A DNA stretch of 64,000 nucleotides, from the NCBI GenBank assembly GCA_047495785.1, contig JBLDXI010000033.1, positions 2,542,001-2,606,000 of the forward strand, read 5' to 3'. The position numbers were made by a program, and so were the translations under genes. The DNA is from Lepidodermella squamata. Lineage: Eukaryota; Animalia; Gastrotricha. The notes under the pieces are model-generated. The model was given only the letters and a program-made list of their open reading frames with translations, had not been told where the DNA came from and searched no databases. The stretch's first letter is position 1. The number at the start of each line of letters is the position of its first letter. Positions 1 to 12,147 of this stretch are shown one piece after another.

Positions 1-409
1 GTTTATATCACTTATTTTATTTCGAACTATGCATTTCCGATTATTCCAGCGTTAAAATAAACAACCCGCCTCTCATTCACCACTCCAACACAATGTTACA
101 ATAGGAATAGAATAATATTTTAGATGAAACCCTCATTTATTCCGAATACGTCTAGACGAATAATTATCGGCTTCATCATTCAAAATCCGGCATTCATAAT
201 AACAGAATAACCTTCGAAATTAAAGCTATAAATGTTTTACCAGCATTTGAGATTTGGTCTTAAACACATGACACACTTTAGGACGGAATGTCACAGTCGA
301 TTTCGAAAGAATAATAATAACATTAATAATATATTTAGATAGAACTCAAGAGCAAGAATTGCATCAAATGCTTCACTGATTAGTCAAATTGAATTGCACG
401 AACATGACT

Positions 410-2840
410 TCAAAGACCTTTGCTGGAACCGGAAACGGGCAATGACTGCGTCAACTGCCGGATCCACGGGAGGGCGACATCGTTGACGTACTTCGAAATG
501 GCCGCGGAGCTTTCTTGGATGTATTTGCTGCTGGTTGGACTGAAAGATTGGTCAAGATTAGAATAATTTCAGAGATCAAAAGGAAATCAGACTTACATGG
601 CGGTCTTCGTTACCCACTCGTAGCCTTTGTTTCCGAGGGTTCGGAAATCAACACCATTCGAAAGCATCCAAGCGTGTGCCTTCTGGCCTTGCTCAACTGA
701 GAATTCATAGGCTTTAGCAGCATATTCGGAACTAACATCATAAGCCACAATGCTGTAATCAACAGCCGTCGCGTAGAACTTGGACCCATACTCGACTGCG
801 AAAGCCTGAACCTTGGGACTGTATTCGGCGTAATACTTATCGCCGTGCTTTTTCGCTTCCGAAAGATAATAAGACACGTGTTTCGACGCCGGTTCGTAAA
901 CAGTCCACGCGAATTGGCCAGCTTTAGCAGCGTACGGTTTGACTTGCTCAATGTATGGGCCGACATGAGGATGGACAACAGCGTATGCTTCAAGGGATCG
1001 TTTCTGGACATGATTCAGCGTTTCGGCGACAGGACGGTACAAATTGTACTTGCGGAGCTGTTTCGTAGTGTACATGGCTTGCGCGTCGCCATTTGACATC
1101 AACAGATCAGCTCCAAGGGCGAGGATAGCGAGGAAAAGTAATGTTCGGGTCAGCCTGAAGGCGCCAGAGAAAAGTCGACGGAAAAAGCCACGTTTTTCCG
1201 CATATCCCGCCATGTCGCCTCTTGCGCTAATAGCCACGGCCGAATCAACTTTCTTCAATGTCTTTTTCATTTGCGAAATGTCCGGGACGTATTGAGCGAA
1301 AAAAGACATATTCTCGTTGACACTGGAGCTAAGGTATCTGAAAATCAGACATGTTGACATTTTCAATCTGATTTATGAAATGGTAACATACCCAGCGTTT
1401 TCAGGGTAGCGTCCGCAAGTGCCAATCCAAGCATTGCTGCATGCAGCTTGGTCGCAATGCAAACAAACCAGCAGATTTGACAACATCTAAATAGGCTCAA
1501 ATTGTAACCAAGAACAAATTCAGACATTGAACTAAACAGTACCTCTTTCTTGACAAAAATAGGTAGGCTCTCGTTGTATCGGATGAGAAAAGATGGAAAC
1601 ATCGTAGACGGCGAGCAATCACATCCGAACTTCATTAGCAAGACCTTGATCTTGAAACATAGGGTTGCCATTTGGCGTTTCTGGGCCGGCGTCATGCGGT
1701 TCAAAAACGCGGGCTGATTCATTTTTCCCGTGTTGGCGTTGACAGGGTATACCATATCAAAGAGGCGGAAAAAGTTGTGCGGAGAAACAGAAACCTCGCG
1801 AGCGAACAATTCAAAGTTCGGTGGTGGGTTGTATGGCTGGCAATCCTGAAGTGCATTCACGAGGAGATCGAAAGCTGGTTTCAAAGTTTGCGGTGCCGAT
1901 GATGGAGGCAACTGAAACTCGTTAAGCACGTTGTAAGCGTTCATCAGCTTCTCGCCGTTTGCCAAGGTCACACTGGTCATATTTGGCAGCTGAATGGTGG
2001 GCAGCATCACGGTAAACCAAACATTCAGACCAACGGATAGCGAACCGACACCCGATTGGGAAAATGCGGTCATAATTGCCGACAGTTTATTTTGCGATGT
2101 TTTCGAATTTTTAATTATTCCGGAGTACTGTTCAAAAAGTAAGAGTCAGCAAACAGGAATTGCGAAAAATTATAAAAGCAAACCTTTTCAGCAAGCTGCA
2201 AATAAGCATCCGGTCGCTCGAGGCTGATGAGCTGCAAGCAAAGGCGATGCGAAAGAAGGCTGTCGTTGCGAGTAGAGGCTGTGACGAGCTCGTCAATGGC
2301 GTATTCGATGAATTTGGAATATGCCTCTTCGTCGTTTACAGATCCGACAACGCTCCGCAATTCGGCCAACTGCTTTGGATTCAAATGCTTCAGAGGAAAA
2401 CTGAACTCATCCACGGAAGGAGATAGTTTCACTGCTCCTGAGAAGTCGGCATCCATGCGCAGAAAGTTGGCTACTTCCTGCAGCACCAAAAGGTCATTGT
2501 TCGGAAACTTGGAGCGGCACATGTTAATGGAGCCGGAAAGCTTCGCGAAGTCCAGCTGAATAACATCTGGCGCAGGAGCAGGTGCAGTTTTTCCCGGTTT
2601 CTTGCCATTTTTCATCGGAACAGTCGAATTTTTCTGTCCGTTCAGCTTTCCCTGCAGATCGTATTTGAAATCTTCATCGCTGGAATGATTTTCATCCTCC
2701 AAGTTTTCGTAAGTGTTGGCGGCCAGTGGAGTTGGTTTAAAAAGCGCTTTGTCGGCGTTGCCATTCGCAGTCTTTTTAGCTGGCTTCGCGGTGCCTGAAT
2801 TCCGCACAACTTGCCACTTGTCAGTCAAAACGGACGACAT
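410..2840 (-). CDS. TMEM214: Transmembrane protein 214 homolog (about 5 exons)
   Basis: N-terminal 'KWQVV', 'AFSQSG..SLSVGLNVWFTVMLP', 'SPHNFFRLFDMVYP' and 'FPSFLIR..LP..VKKE' match TMEM214 motifs, and there is a C-terminal TM segment (LLFLAILALGADLLM). Joins ORFs 2115-2867, 1363-2073 and 593-1366 via ~55-nt GT-AG introns; last exon ~540-410. Confidence 0.85.
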
Positions 2841-3600
2841 CTCGAATTTTCTTATATGAAATAACAAAGCCTTAAAAGGAAAATAGAAAATATTTTGCTT
2901 TCAGCATATAATTGCTATAATTCCCTTTAGAACTTTGATGCTACAATACTCAGGTATATTTTGTTGAGCCTAATCAATTTTCACCCCTAATTTCAGAGTA
3001 ATTAGATTGACGTTATTCATGCTTCCATCAATTGTAATGGGCGATGGCCAATGAAATAATTACTACAGCCACGACAACCTCAATGCCCCTCTGCGAAAAA
3101 ATTAGTGGACTATGACAATAAATCAAGCCCATGCTGAGTGGGTGATGGAATAGTAAGCCTAATCGTCAATTTCTCGACATACTTGAAATTGAGGAGTAGA
3201 ATTTAATCCTGGAATTGATTGACTAATCTCTGCATCTTGCATGATAGAAAAACATCAATTAAGTATGAATTTTAAGCCCAAGACAATCACGTTTTTCAAT
3301 AAAGTTCCAAGTGTAAATATATTTCGCCGAGAAGCGCCCGAAGCCTGGAAGGTAAGAATGCTATTCCATCATCCATCAACTTGACATTAAGTTATCAACA
3401 GAAGATTGAAATACCGCAAGAGATTCAAGTTCCCGGTTAACCCAGATGTTTTCGGTCAATTCCCAAAGTTTACTCCCTAACTGTTCTAGGAACTACTAGT
3501 ATAAGTACCTATCATGTGTCAAGAAAGCCGGCTAGATTTGGCTGGATTATTATTGGGTTATTATTGGCTTTGGGAAGAGACGGCGGTCGGAGCGCGAGAA

Positions 3601-3617
3601 GGCGCGGGAAGTTCAAA
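3601..3617 (+). promoter_or_regulatory. E2F/CDE + CHR (DREAM-type) composite motif
   Basis: GGCGCGGGAAGTTCAAA in the divergent TMEM214/PXK intergenic region; fits GCGGG-NNN-TTYRAA. Confidence 0.5.
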
Positions 3618-4122
3618 ATGCAAAATTTTGTATCATATAAAAAAATTTCATACCTTAAAAGCAACTCGTGTGTATATTTGCTTTGTCTAAAATGTGATGT
3701 ACATTATGAGTAATTTTGGCGGGTCAGTCTCAGTGAGAAGCATTTTGAGTCCTCGCAGTTTTGCGGCTTTTATTGTTCCTGGTTTACGCGTTAGGCGTTA
3801 GAGATCGGAAGTTGTAAGTTAGCAGCGGCTTACCCGTTACTAACCCGTTACCCGTGACCCGTGATCATAAGTTACTAATGCTTAGGCACTCATCGCATGA
3901 GCATCGGGAATTACTGGGATTCAACGCGGGGGTTGTCAGTTGCAAGGTGCCTATTTTCATGGCTTAATGCATTGTTGTCGTCAGTTTTTTTGTACCGACA
4001 ATCGTTGGTACAATAGCGTAGCAAACTGATGACTAAAATACTAGTATCGATGGTGTTATTTGTCAACATTCAACATGTGCCATGTGCTGCAAAAATATTT
4101 GTATTTTTTTAGATTTTTAGAT

Positions 4123-5652
4123 ATGTACGAAGATTCTGACGTTATTACTGCGTCGCCTGACTTGATACCATCGTCGTTCGATGACGATGCGTTTGCGATT
4201 ACGGTTTCAGTGAAGAATGCTTACTTGAAAGATTCGTACACCGTATATTCGATAAATGCATCGCTTTCTTGTCGACCACAGCAACGGTGGGAAATAGAGA
4301 AACGTTTCAGAGAATTCAGCCAATTCAACGAAAGTCTAGCCAAAATCGGTTGGTCTGTAGCCTCCTTGCCCGAGAAAAAATGGTTTGGCAACAAGGACCG
4401 TGAGTTCATATCGAAACGCCAAATTGAGTTGGAGCGATATTTGAATTCCATCTTGGCGGTATCAGATATAAACCAAAGTGAAATGTTGCGATCTTTTCTC
4501 TGTTTGAGCGCATATGACGAAGAGACGAAAGAGATAACAGATACAGCAAAGCAGCAAATCGCACTTACCCTAAGATCAGAGCCCCGTTTCTCATTCGTTC
4601 GCTTTCTTCCTCAGATTGGTTGGAGACGGCGAAAAGTGTTCGCGCTTGCGTGTAGCAGTTCAAACCCAGCTGATCATTTCATTGTGTGCTGGACGGAATT
4701 TTGCCTCAAAAGCTCGTGTTACGAATCGGAAATTCGCGCGGTTTTTAAGTGGCTACACGGACAGAAGACTGAATCGACGGGAACCGTTTTGTCCAATCTC
4801 GCTTTTTCAAGTCTGACGAATAGGGCTGCGCTAAGTATATCGCCGTTGAGCTCACCAGCGCTCCGCGACATCTTACGCTCTATCGAACATCCACTTGATG
4901 AATCTTACATGAGAAAGTACTCTCCACAACGAGCTGGTTTATTACTCCAAAATCTTCATCGCGGTTTCTCAAAGGAAACTTTTTTCTCCATGGTTCGCTC
5001 TATCATCGCAAATTATACATTTTTCCTGGCTCACTACCATTCACAAGGTCTGTTTTTCATGAATCTCCATGCTGGGAACGTGGTTGTCGATCTGAAACCT
5101 GATAAACAAGGCTTTTTCCGCACGAAAATCGTCGAAGCTCACAGTGCAGTTTTAGGAATTCTACCACCGTATTACATGAAGCTGTTAAAAATGGGACCGA
5201 ATGTAATAAGGTCGGTTTTTGATGCTGATATGGCTGCGTTGGGGTTCACCTTGGAGGAAATGCTGGAATTTCGAGCCGCCTCATGGCAGATTCCGGCCGA
5301 TATCAGTGGCCTACTTGCAAAAATGCTGCCCGATAACTCGACACCTGCGACTGCTAGTGAGCTGATCCAGATATTGAGGGACGAAGCAGCGTTTGAAAAA
5401 TTCATTCAAAATAAATCGAGTTTCACCCTTCCTCATTTTTTCGACCCTCCCAGTCCGGAAATTGTGCAGATCTATGGAAAAGCTCGAGCGAGCTACGAGC
5501 GGCGCTTGTCGTTGCATCATGCTGTATATTATCAGGTGAACGCTGTAAAAAACGTGCGCCGTAGCTTAGTCACACAACACAAGGCTGCCAATTACACAGG
5601 CGAAGCCGAGTTTGTTACGAACAACGCTGACTCGATTATTTTTGCTAAATGA
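4123..5652 (+). CDS. PXK: PX domain-containing protein kinase-like protein (PXK/MONaKA-like pseudokinase)
   Basis: PX domain (YTVY..WEIEKRFREF..LPEKKWFGNKDREFISKRQIELERYLN), then 'IGWRRRK' and degenerate kinase 'NLHAGNV'. ATG at 4123 follows a TTTTTAG acceptor. Confidence 0.8.
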   Translation: MYEDSDVITASPDLIPSSFDDDAFAITVSVKNAYLKDSYTVYSINASLSCRPQQRWEIEKRFREFSQFNESLAKIGWSVASLPEKKWFGNKDREFISKRQIELERYLNSILAVSDINQSEMLRSFLCLSAYDEETKEITDTAKQQIALTLRSEPRFSFVRFLPQIGWRRRKVFALACSSSNPADHFIVCWTEFCLKSSCYESEIRAVFKWLHGQKTESTGTVLSNLAFSSLTNRAALSISPLSSPALRDILRSIEHPLDESYMRKYSPQRAGLLLQNLHRGFSKETFFSMVRSIIANYTFFLAHYHSQGLFFMNLHAGNVVVDLKPDKQGFFRTKIVEAHSAVLGILPPYYMKLLKMGPNVIRSVFDADMAALGFTLEEMLEFRAASWQIPADISGLLAKMLPDNSTPATASELIQILRDEAAFEKFIQNKSSFTLPHFFDPPSPEIVQIYGKARASYERRLSLHHAVYYQVNAVKNVRRSLVTQHKAANYTGEAEFVTNNADSIIFAK

Positions 5653-6145
5653 ATCGTGCAATAATTGTCAAATCATCTTATAAATTACATAGTATCTACC
5701 TATTGGTATATAACTTGTCTCGACTGGTGAAATCGTCGCTAAATAATGCTAACCTATTATATACATTTGCGCTTTTATTCGTAATATTTATAAATTTTCA
5801 AACTGCATACATAGTGATATCACTCTTGGATTTGTAAAAGAAATAAAAGATCTGGCATTTTAAATCGCTTTCATGCTGCTGTTTTTACTTAATCAGTGTT
5901 ATGAACTTCAGGCTCAGGTGTTATGTGCTTGGGGTTTCAAAATGAAATTCCAACATTGGATGATGAACAGTTCGGGGATTGAAGGATATTCCAATTCAAA
6001 AGTCAGTTGTCATGTTAGGACACTCAAATTTATTCTCAAAACAGTCTAGCGATTACGATAAAGCGAACAAAACGAAAGAGCCAGAAGAAAGGAGCGTTGA
6101 AAATGCGTTGATCACACTAGAAACCACCTAACATCACTAAAGGTC

Positions 6146-8254
6146 TTAACGGAAACAAGCTCCATCCAAGAGCGAACTGTAACTTTCGTTTTCTTTCGCT
6201 TTCGACTTCTCAAGATCTGGGGGAAATACGCGCCACATTTTGATTGTTTCATCAGCGGCAGCAGTCAGAACCCATTGACCATCTGCAGAGCCTACGAGTT
6301 TGAGAATTCGACCCTTATGTCCAGTGAGCTCGGCCAGCTTAGTCATTTTCGGATATTTCCACAGTGCAAGTTGATTGCCAGGCGGACCGTGGGCACTGAT
6401 GATTTCACGATATTCGTCGGACCAAACGATGCCACTTACTTGCGACTCAGCATCGAGCTCTTTCAGGCACTCGCCGGAACTGGCGCTGAAAAACCGTATC
6501 TTCCTGTCGCCTGTACCAGATCCAGTGGCAAGCAAACTGGGCTGCCATGGGCACCAAGCGAGAGCTTTCACCGCTGCCTGATGTTGAGAGAACTCGAAAA
6601 TGGGCTGGGGAGAGCACAACAGGCTTTTTCCTGGGGTGGGTCCTGATGCCGTTCCAGAACCCGCATCAGCTGCTGGCCACAAGCAGACCAAATTGTCATT
6701 CGAACCAGAGGCTAGATAGCGGAAATCTGGCGACCATTCCAAGCCGCATACGTCTTGGTCGTGGCGCATCATTTCGCGTACAAGATGCTCCTTGACTCGA
6801 ACATCGTGCTGGTGAATGTGACCTGATCTTGAGCCAGATGACAGAACATACGAATTCCAAGCCAAACTTGACACGCGGGAAGCATGACCAGTCATCATTC
6901 GAATACACTTTTGCTTAGCAACATCGAACAACATAATTTCAGCATTTGAGGTACCAGCTGCAAGGTAAACGCCATCACGGTTGAAACGAGTCGATGCGAA
7001 GTAAGCGCTTGCGTCAGGAAGCTCATTGAGCAGATGAATCTCGCTCTTCACATTTTCATACAGGTAAAGCTGATTTGACAAGGCAACTGACAGAACATCC
7101 AGGGAAGACCAATCCACCACGTTCAAATCTGAAATGAGATTAATAAATGCAGCAGTTCATAAAATCAAATTTATTCGCTTACAAAAATCGTCCATCAGTC
7201 CGGGAGCATCAAGTGTCTTTTCCGAACGCTTAGGAATGACGCGCTTTGACGTGGCAGAGGCGTTCATTGCCGGACGACCCACAGGTTCGAACAAAACTCG
7301 AAAACGATTCTGGAACAACGGATCTTGACTAGGTTCGGGCGCCTTGGTGTAATGGAGAATTCTTTGCTCGCTCGCGTGGAGTGATTCATCGACGAGGTTC
7401 TTGAAAAGCCGCTGCCCATCAGCATTTCCTGGGCTGCCAGTATTGACTCTCTCAGCGTTTCCCAGATCCTCATTGCTTCCAACGTTGGCAGACATGAGTG
7501 ATTTCGCATATTCTGTGTTGACTTCTGGTACAAAACGGTCGCCGCCCTGAAGAGGCTGTCTTTGATTTTTTCCTACATGAAATAGATTAATTCACATTAG
7601 GTATGGAAAAACTATACTATCAATCTAACCTGGAGTTCTTTTAGATAGAGGCACCGCTGCTCTCAGTCGGGCAGATACGCTGTCATCGAAAGATCCTTTT
7701 GCGGAATTTTCTAAGAAGGAGCTCGAAAACTTGTTTGTTGATGTATTCAAGGAAGAATCCAGACCGGCTGGTTTCATCTCCGGTGGTATAAAATTCTAAT
7801 ACGATCAAAAACGAAAAACGTCTAGTGAACGTGAAGTGATCGGATAGAGCATTGGCGTAGAGAGGGCAAACATTGCCACATGATGTTTCAAGAGCACGTA
7901 GAAAGGGATCGTACTGACTTATGCTGATCATCCCATCCGCCACTACACCCTGCACCACTATTCACTCGATACTCAATACTCAATAAATGCAAACGAATCA
8001 AACGATTCGATAGCATCTGGTGATTTGAGCGTGAGCGTCCATCCAACGCCTGTCTTCCTGAAATGGATGAGGGCATATACTTCAGAATCACTGCAAGAGC
8101 AGCCTTTCATCTCCCATCACACACGGGTGAAGAAGGTCGAACTGAAGTAAGGTGGCGCGCCAACTCTTCCTGGCAAAGCGATTCTGTTTTTGCCAGTGCT
8201 TTCAGAACTTGGTCTCGGAAGACTGCGCCCTGCCCTTGAGGACCTCGGATCCAT
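6146..8254 (-). CDS. CDC20: CDC20/Fizzy APC/C co-activator (WD40)
   Basis: C-box-like GGDRFVP, 'RILHY', 'KTLDAPGLMDDF', and WD40 repeats 'VCGLEWS..YLASGSNDN', 'HQAAVKALAWCPWQ', 'AAADETIKMW'. The 5' exon (ATG 8254, intron ~8164-7796) is inferred. Confidence 0.92.
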
Positions 8255-8457
8255 TACTGATTTGCGCAGGTCTGAGGGGCAAATAAATCATTGCACACAT
8301 GGCGAAAACGAACAGTTTTTACAAATATTCGACACTGTCTTTCATGATGATGAAGTGTACTAGCATAGGTCTCAAATCGCGATAAAGATCACGATCACGA
8401 TCAGAATATTGAGTTTCTTTGGGTTTCTTCGGATTGGTTTGGAAGATTTATCTTGAG

Positions 8458-8473
8458 TTTGAATTTCCCGCGC
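8458..8473 (-). promoter_or_regulatory. DREAM (CDE/E2F-CHR) element upstream of CDC20
   Basis: Minus strand reads GCGCGGGAAATTCAAA; a CCAAT box lies nearby (ATTGG 8433-8437). The position fits a G2/M gene promoter. Confidence 0.65.
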
Positions 8474-8946
8474 TAAAAATGTATAATTCTGATAAGTAAA
8501 AATAAATAATGAAAATTTTTATTTACGAGATTCAGTTTAATAAATGTCAGAATAGAAAGTTGATCAGCTGACCTCATCATCGCGCGATCTCATGCAAGTT
8601 ATTGTCGCGTGAAAAGAGAAAGTGACCGAGTACCCGAAAAACATGCGCGGCGAAGATTGGCTCGACGCCCAAAATCCGTGAGGCTGATACTCAAGCGTAT
8701 GAGTATTGAAGCTGAATCTTCAGTTTATTGCTGTTTGCCGTTAATTTGCAAGGAAGAGTCTTCGCCAGAAAACTACTCGCGACCTTCTCCCTTTATTTGC
8801 TGGTCGGGGAATGATTTCTTAGGAAGCAAAATACTAAACATTTCTCAATTCTTTCTCACTCTTCACTCTTTTACCTATTCGCTAAAATATTATATATCAT
8901 AGATCTTCTGTTTATCTGTCTCCATTCAAGTTGTCGCGTCATAATA

Positions 8947-10722
8947 ATGGGCAAGCCAAAAGCTGGCCAGGTCAAATTAGGTGAACAGGAATTGACGGTT
9001 CGCTGCATTTCTGACATAATAAATGAGCTGACCACGGCTGCGCGGGAGAAGAGAGATGTGGACGTTCACAAGCTCAAGACCCGCATATCAAGAAAATACT
9101 GTTTGAAAAGTCAGCCGAAGCTAGTTGATATAATTGCAGCAGTTCCTGCTGATTTGAAGCGGCTTCTCATTCCAAAACTTAAGGTAAAGCCAGTGCGGAC
9201 GGCAAGTGGCATAGCTGTTATTGCTGTTATGAGCAAACCTCATCGATGTCCTCACATTGCAACTACTGGAAACATATGCGTCTACTGCCCTGGTTTGTTT
9301 ATTATATATTATCATTTATGTGTTATATTCAACTTCATGTATAATCCAAGGTGGACCTGATTCTGACTTCGAATATTCAACGCAGTCATATACCGGTTAC
9401 GAGCCGACATCAATGCGTGCGATTCGAGCTCGGTATGACCCTTTTGTGCAAACTCGCAGTCGGCTGGAGCAGCTGAGGCAGCTCGGTCACGACGTCGACA
9501 AAGTGGAGTTTATACTAATGGGTGGGACCTTCATGTCCTTGCCCACCGAATATCGTGATTATTTCATCAGCAATTTGCATGACGCTCTTTCTGGTCACAC
9601 CAGCTCTTCAGTAGCCGAGGCCGTGCGCTACTCGGAGCGTTCGAAAATTAAATGCGTTGGAATGACCATCGAAACTCGACCTGACTATTGCATGAAAAAG
9701 CATCTTGCTGAAATGCTGAGCTACGGCTGCACACGGCTTGAAATCGGTGTTCAATCAGTTTACGAAGACGTCGCACGTGACACTAATCGAGGTCATACTG
9801 TTCGAGCTACTTGTGATTGCTTCCATCTTGCCAAAGATGCTGGATTCAAAGTGGTTAGTCACATGATGCCAGATTTACCAAACGTTGGTGTCGAAAGAGA
9901 TATCGATCAATTTGTTGAGTTTTTCGAAAATCCGGCCTTTCGTCCGGATGGATTAAAAATATATCCTACATTGGTTATTCGAGGGACAGGTTTATACGGT
10001 AAGAACTACTGTGAATTGAATGCTGCAATGTAGCTTTTCACTGTTTAGAGTTATGGCGAACTGGCCGCTATCGATCTTACCCGGCTGACGTTTTGATTGA
10101 TTTACTGGCTCGCATTCTGGCCCTCGTTCCTCCCTGGACAAGGATATATCGAGTTCAGCGTGACATTCCAATGCCTCTGGTTACGTCAGGTGGGCATTTA
10201 GGCCATCTCAGAGAGCTGGCTCTAGCTCGGTTGAAAGACTTCGGGGCGACGTGTCGTGATGTGCGCACGAGAGAAGTTGGAATTCAAGAGCTTCACGAAC
10301 GCGTCCGACCGAACGAAATCGAGCTGATCCGACGTGATTATTTTGCTAACGGCGGATGGGAAACCTTTCTCTCGTACGAAGATCCCGTACAGGATATTCT
10401 TATTGGCCTGTTGAGATTGCGTAAAATCTCCGCTATGGAAAAGTCACCAGCGCTGCAACGGACCTCGATGATTCGCGAGCTTCATGTTTACGGCAGTGTG
10501 GTCCCTGTTTCTGCTAGCAATCCTGTAAAGTTCCAGCATCACGGCTTCGGCCGACTGTTGCTCGAAGAAGCTGAGCGTATTTCACAGGAAGAACATGGAT
10601 CGATAAAAGTTGCCATAATCAGTGGTGTTGGTGCCAGAAATTATTATCGCAAATTCGGTTATGAACTCGAGGGACCTTACATGGTGAAGACCCTCGAACC
10701 TAAAACTGTTGAATTCGAATAA
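8947..10722 (+). CDS. ELP3: Elongator complex protein 3 (radical SAM + KAT domain), 3 exons
   Basis: [23 protein letters not shown]...[43 protein letters not shown] and [11 protein letters not shown]; two short GT-AG introns. Confidence 0.98.
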
Positions 10723-10796
10723 ACTAAGAAATTGTCTCTTCTTTATTTATTTTCGGGTATCAAGTACCGTGTAATATATTTATAGACACCGGCGAC

Positions 10797-11926
10797 ATGG
10801 AGGCATTAATTTTGAGCGTAAGAAGGCTGCTGGCTGGGCCATTGCTTAGGAAGTATTCCACGGAAGTAGCAAAAATCGAGCGCAATGAGTTTGCTGAAAT
10901 TGCAGTTTCCCAACTGAGCGTCGATGTCCTGTCTGAAGATGCCGAAAATAAACTGCAGCAAAAATTCGGCACAGCTAAACCGTTAGTACCTGTGCATTCC
11001 TCTTCATTAACTCCTTACGTCAACCAATCAGAATCGCTGAAATCTTTGCTGGCTCTTGGCGTCGACTTGTATCGAATTGAGAAAATCCCGAAAGCTGCTG
11101 AGCGTATCATAAAAATGGATTTTCGCCGGGACATTGACCCGTATCTGCTGATGCTCCGATCGTCAGGAGTAGCCGAGGATAGCTTGGGACAAGTTGGTTT
11201 TAGATTTTCAAGTCTATAGGTTTACAATTTTGCTTAGGTGATCAATAGGTTTCCCGCGCTATTCTTGGAAGAAAAAGAAATTCTAGCTTCAAGGGTGGAA
11301 TTTTTGAAGACCTATGGATTCACGCACGCGAAAATCGGTCGAATGATCAGCAGCGTTCCTTCAATTTTAGGAATGTTTGCGGAAGATGTTGAGAAGAAGC
11401 TGGGTGTCGTCAAGTCCGAGTTCTCACTCTCTCACGAAGACCTTACCACAGCCGTGGCGAAATGCCCTCGGTTGCTGTTATTCGATCAGGACAAATTGAA
11501 GTTCAACAAATTTGCTTTAAAAGTTTGTTTGGATTTTCAGACTTTCCCCACGAATATGAATACTTATTTTCATTAAAGGAAATGGCTGGTTTCAATGAGA
11601 GCGAGCTAACAAAGATGATGGTTTCGGCTCCACGTGTTTTCACTGGTAGCAAGCAGCATATGGTAGCTGTTTTCGATTATTTACGCCATGTCATGGAAAT
11701 ACAGCATGATCTAATCGTGGGATTCCCGCAAGTTTTCCGCTCTCGGTTACGGCGGATCGAACATCGACATCAATTTTTAGCCAGCGTAGGCCGAAATCAG
11801 TACAATCCAAAGCTACCGAACTATGTTTCGCTGCACAGTCTTGTAAGCGGGAGTGATCAAGAATTTGTTGAGAACGTTGCGAAAAGCTCAATGGACAAAT
11901 ATAACATGTTTTTGAAAACTTTATAG
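10797..11926 (+). CDS. MTERF3: Mitochondrial transcription termination factor 3-like, 3 exons
   Basis: Mitochondrial-type N-terminus, 'PYVNQSESLKSLLALGVDL..IE', mTERF repeats, and C-terminal 'RHQFLASVGRNQYNPKLPNYVSL...FLKTL'. Confidence 0.9.
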
Positions 11927-12147
11927 CTTGTTACAAAGATAAATTTTAACAAAGAAGAAATAAAATAAAGACCGATTCTATCGAAGATTGAATTTATTCG
12001 TAAAACTATAGAGTGCAAATAATGCTAATTCAATCAAATTTAAATATATTAAATCAATGCGGTTTAATTGGTTCACATGACACAGCGTTGTTGCAACGAT
12101 AAATGAACACATCCAAAATAATCACAAAAGATTGCTTGACGTAACTT

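Noticed and set aside
3826-3864. Short (TTACCCG/TGACCCG) repeat cluster
   Set aside because: Only about 4 degenerate units; not a telomere, CRISPR or satellite array.
7870-7878. TGGCAATGT resembling the miR-34/449 5' end in the CDC20 intron
   Set aside because: Mismatch in the seed, no 3' similarity and no clear hairpin.
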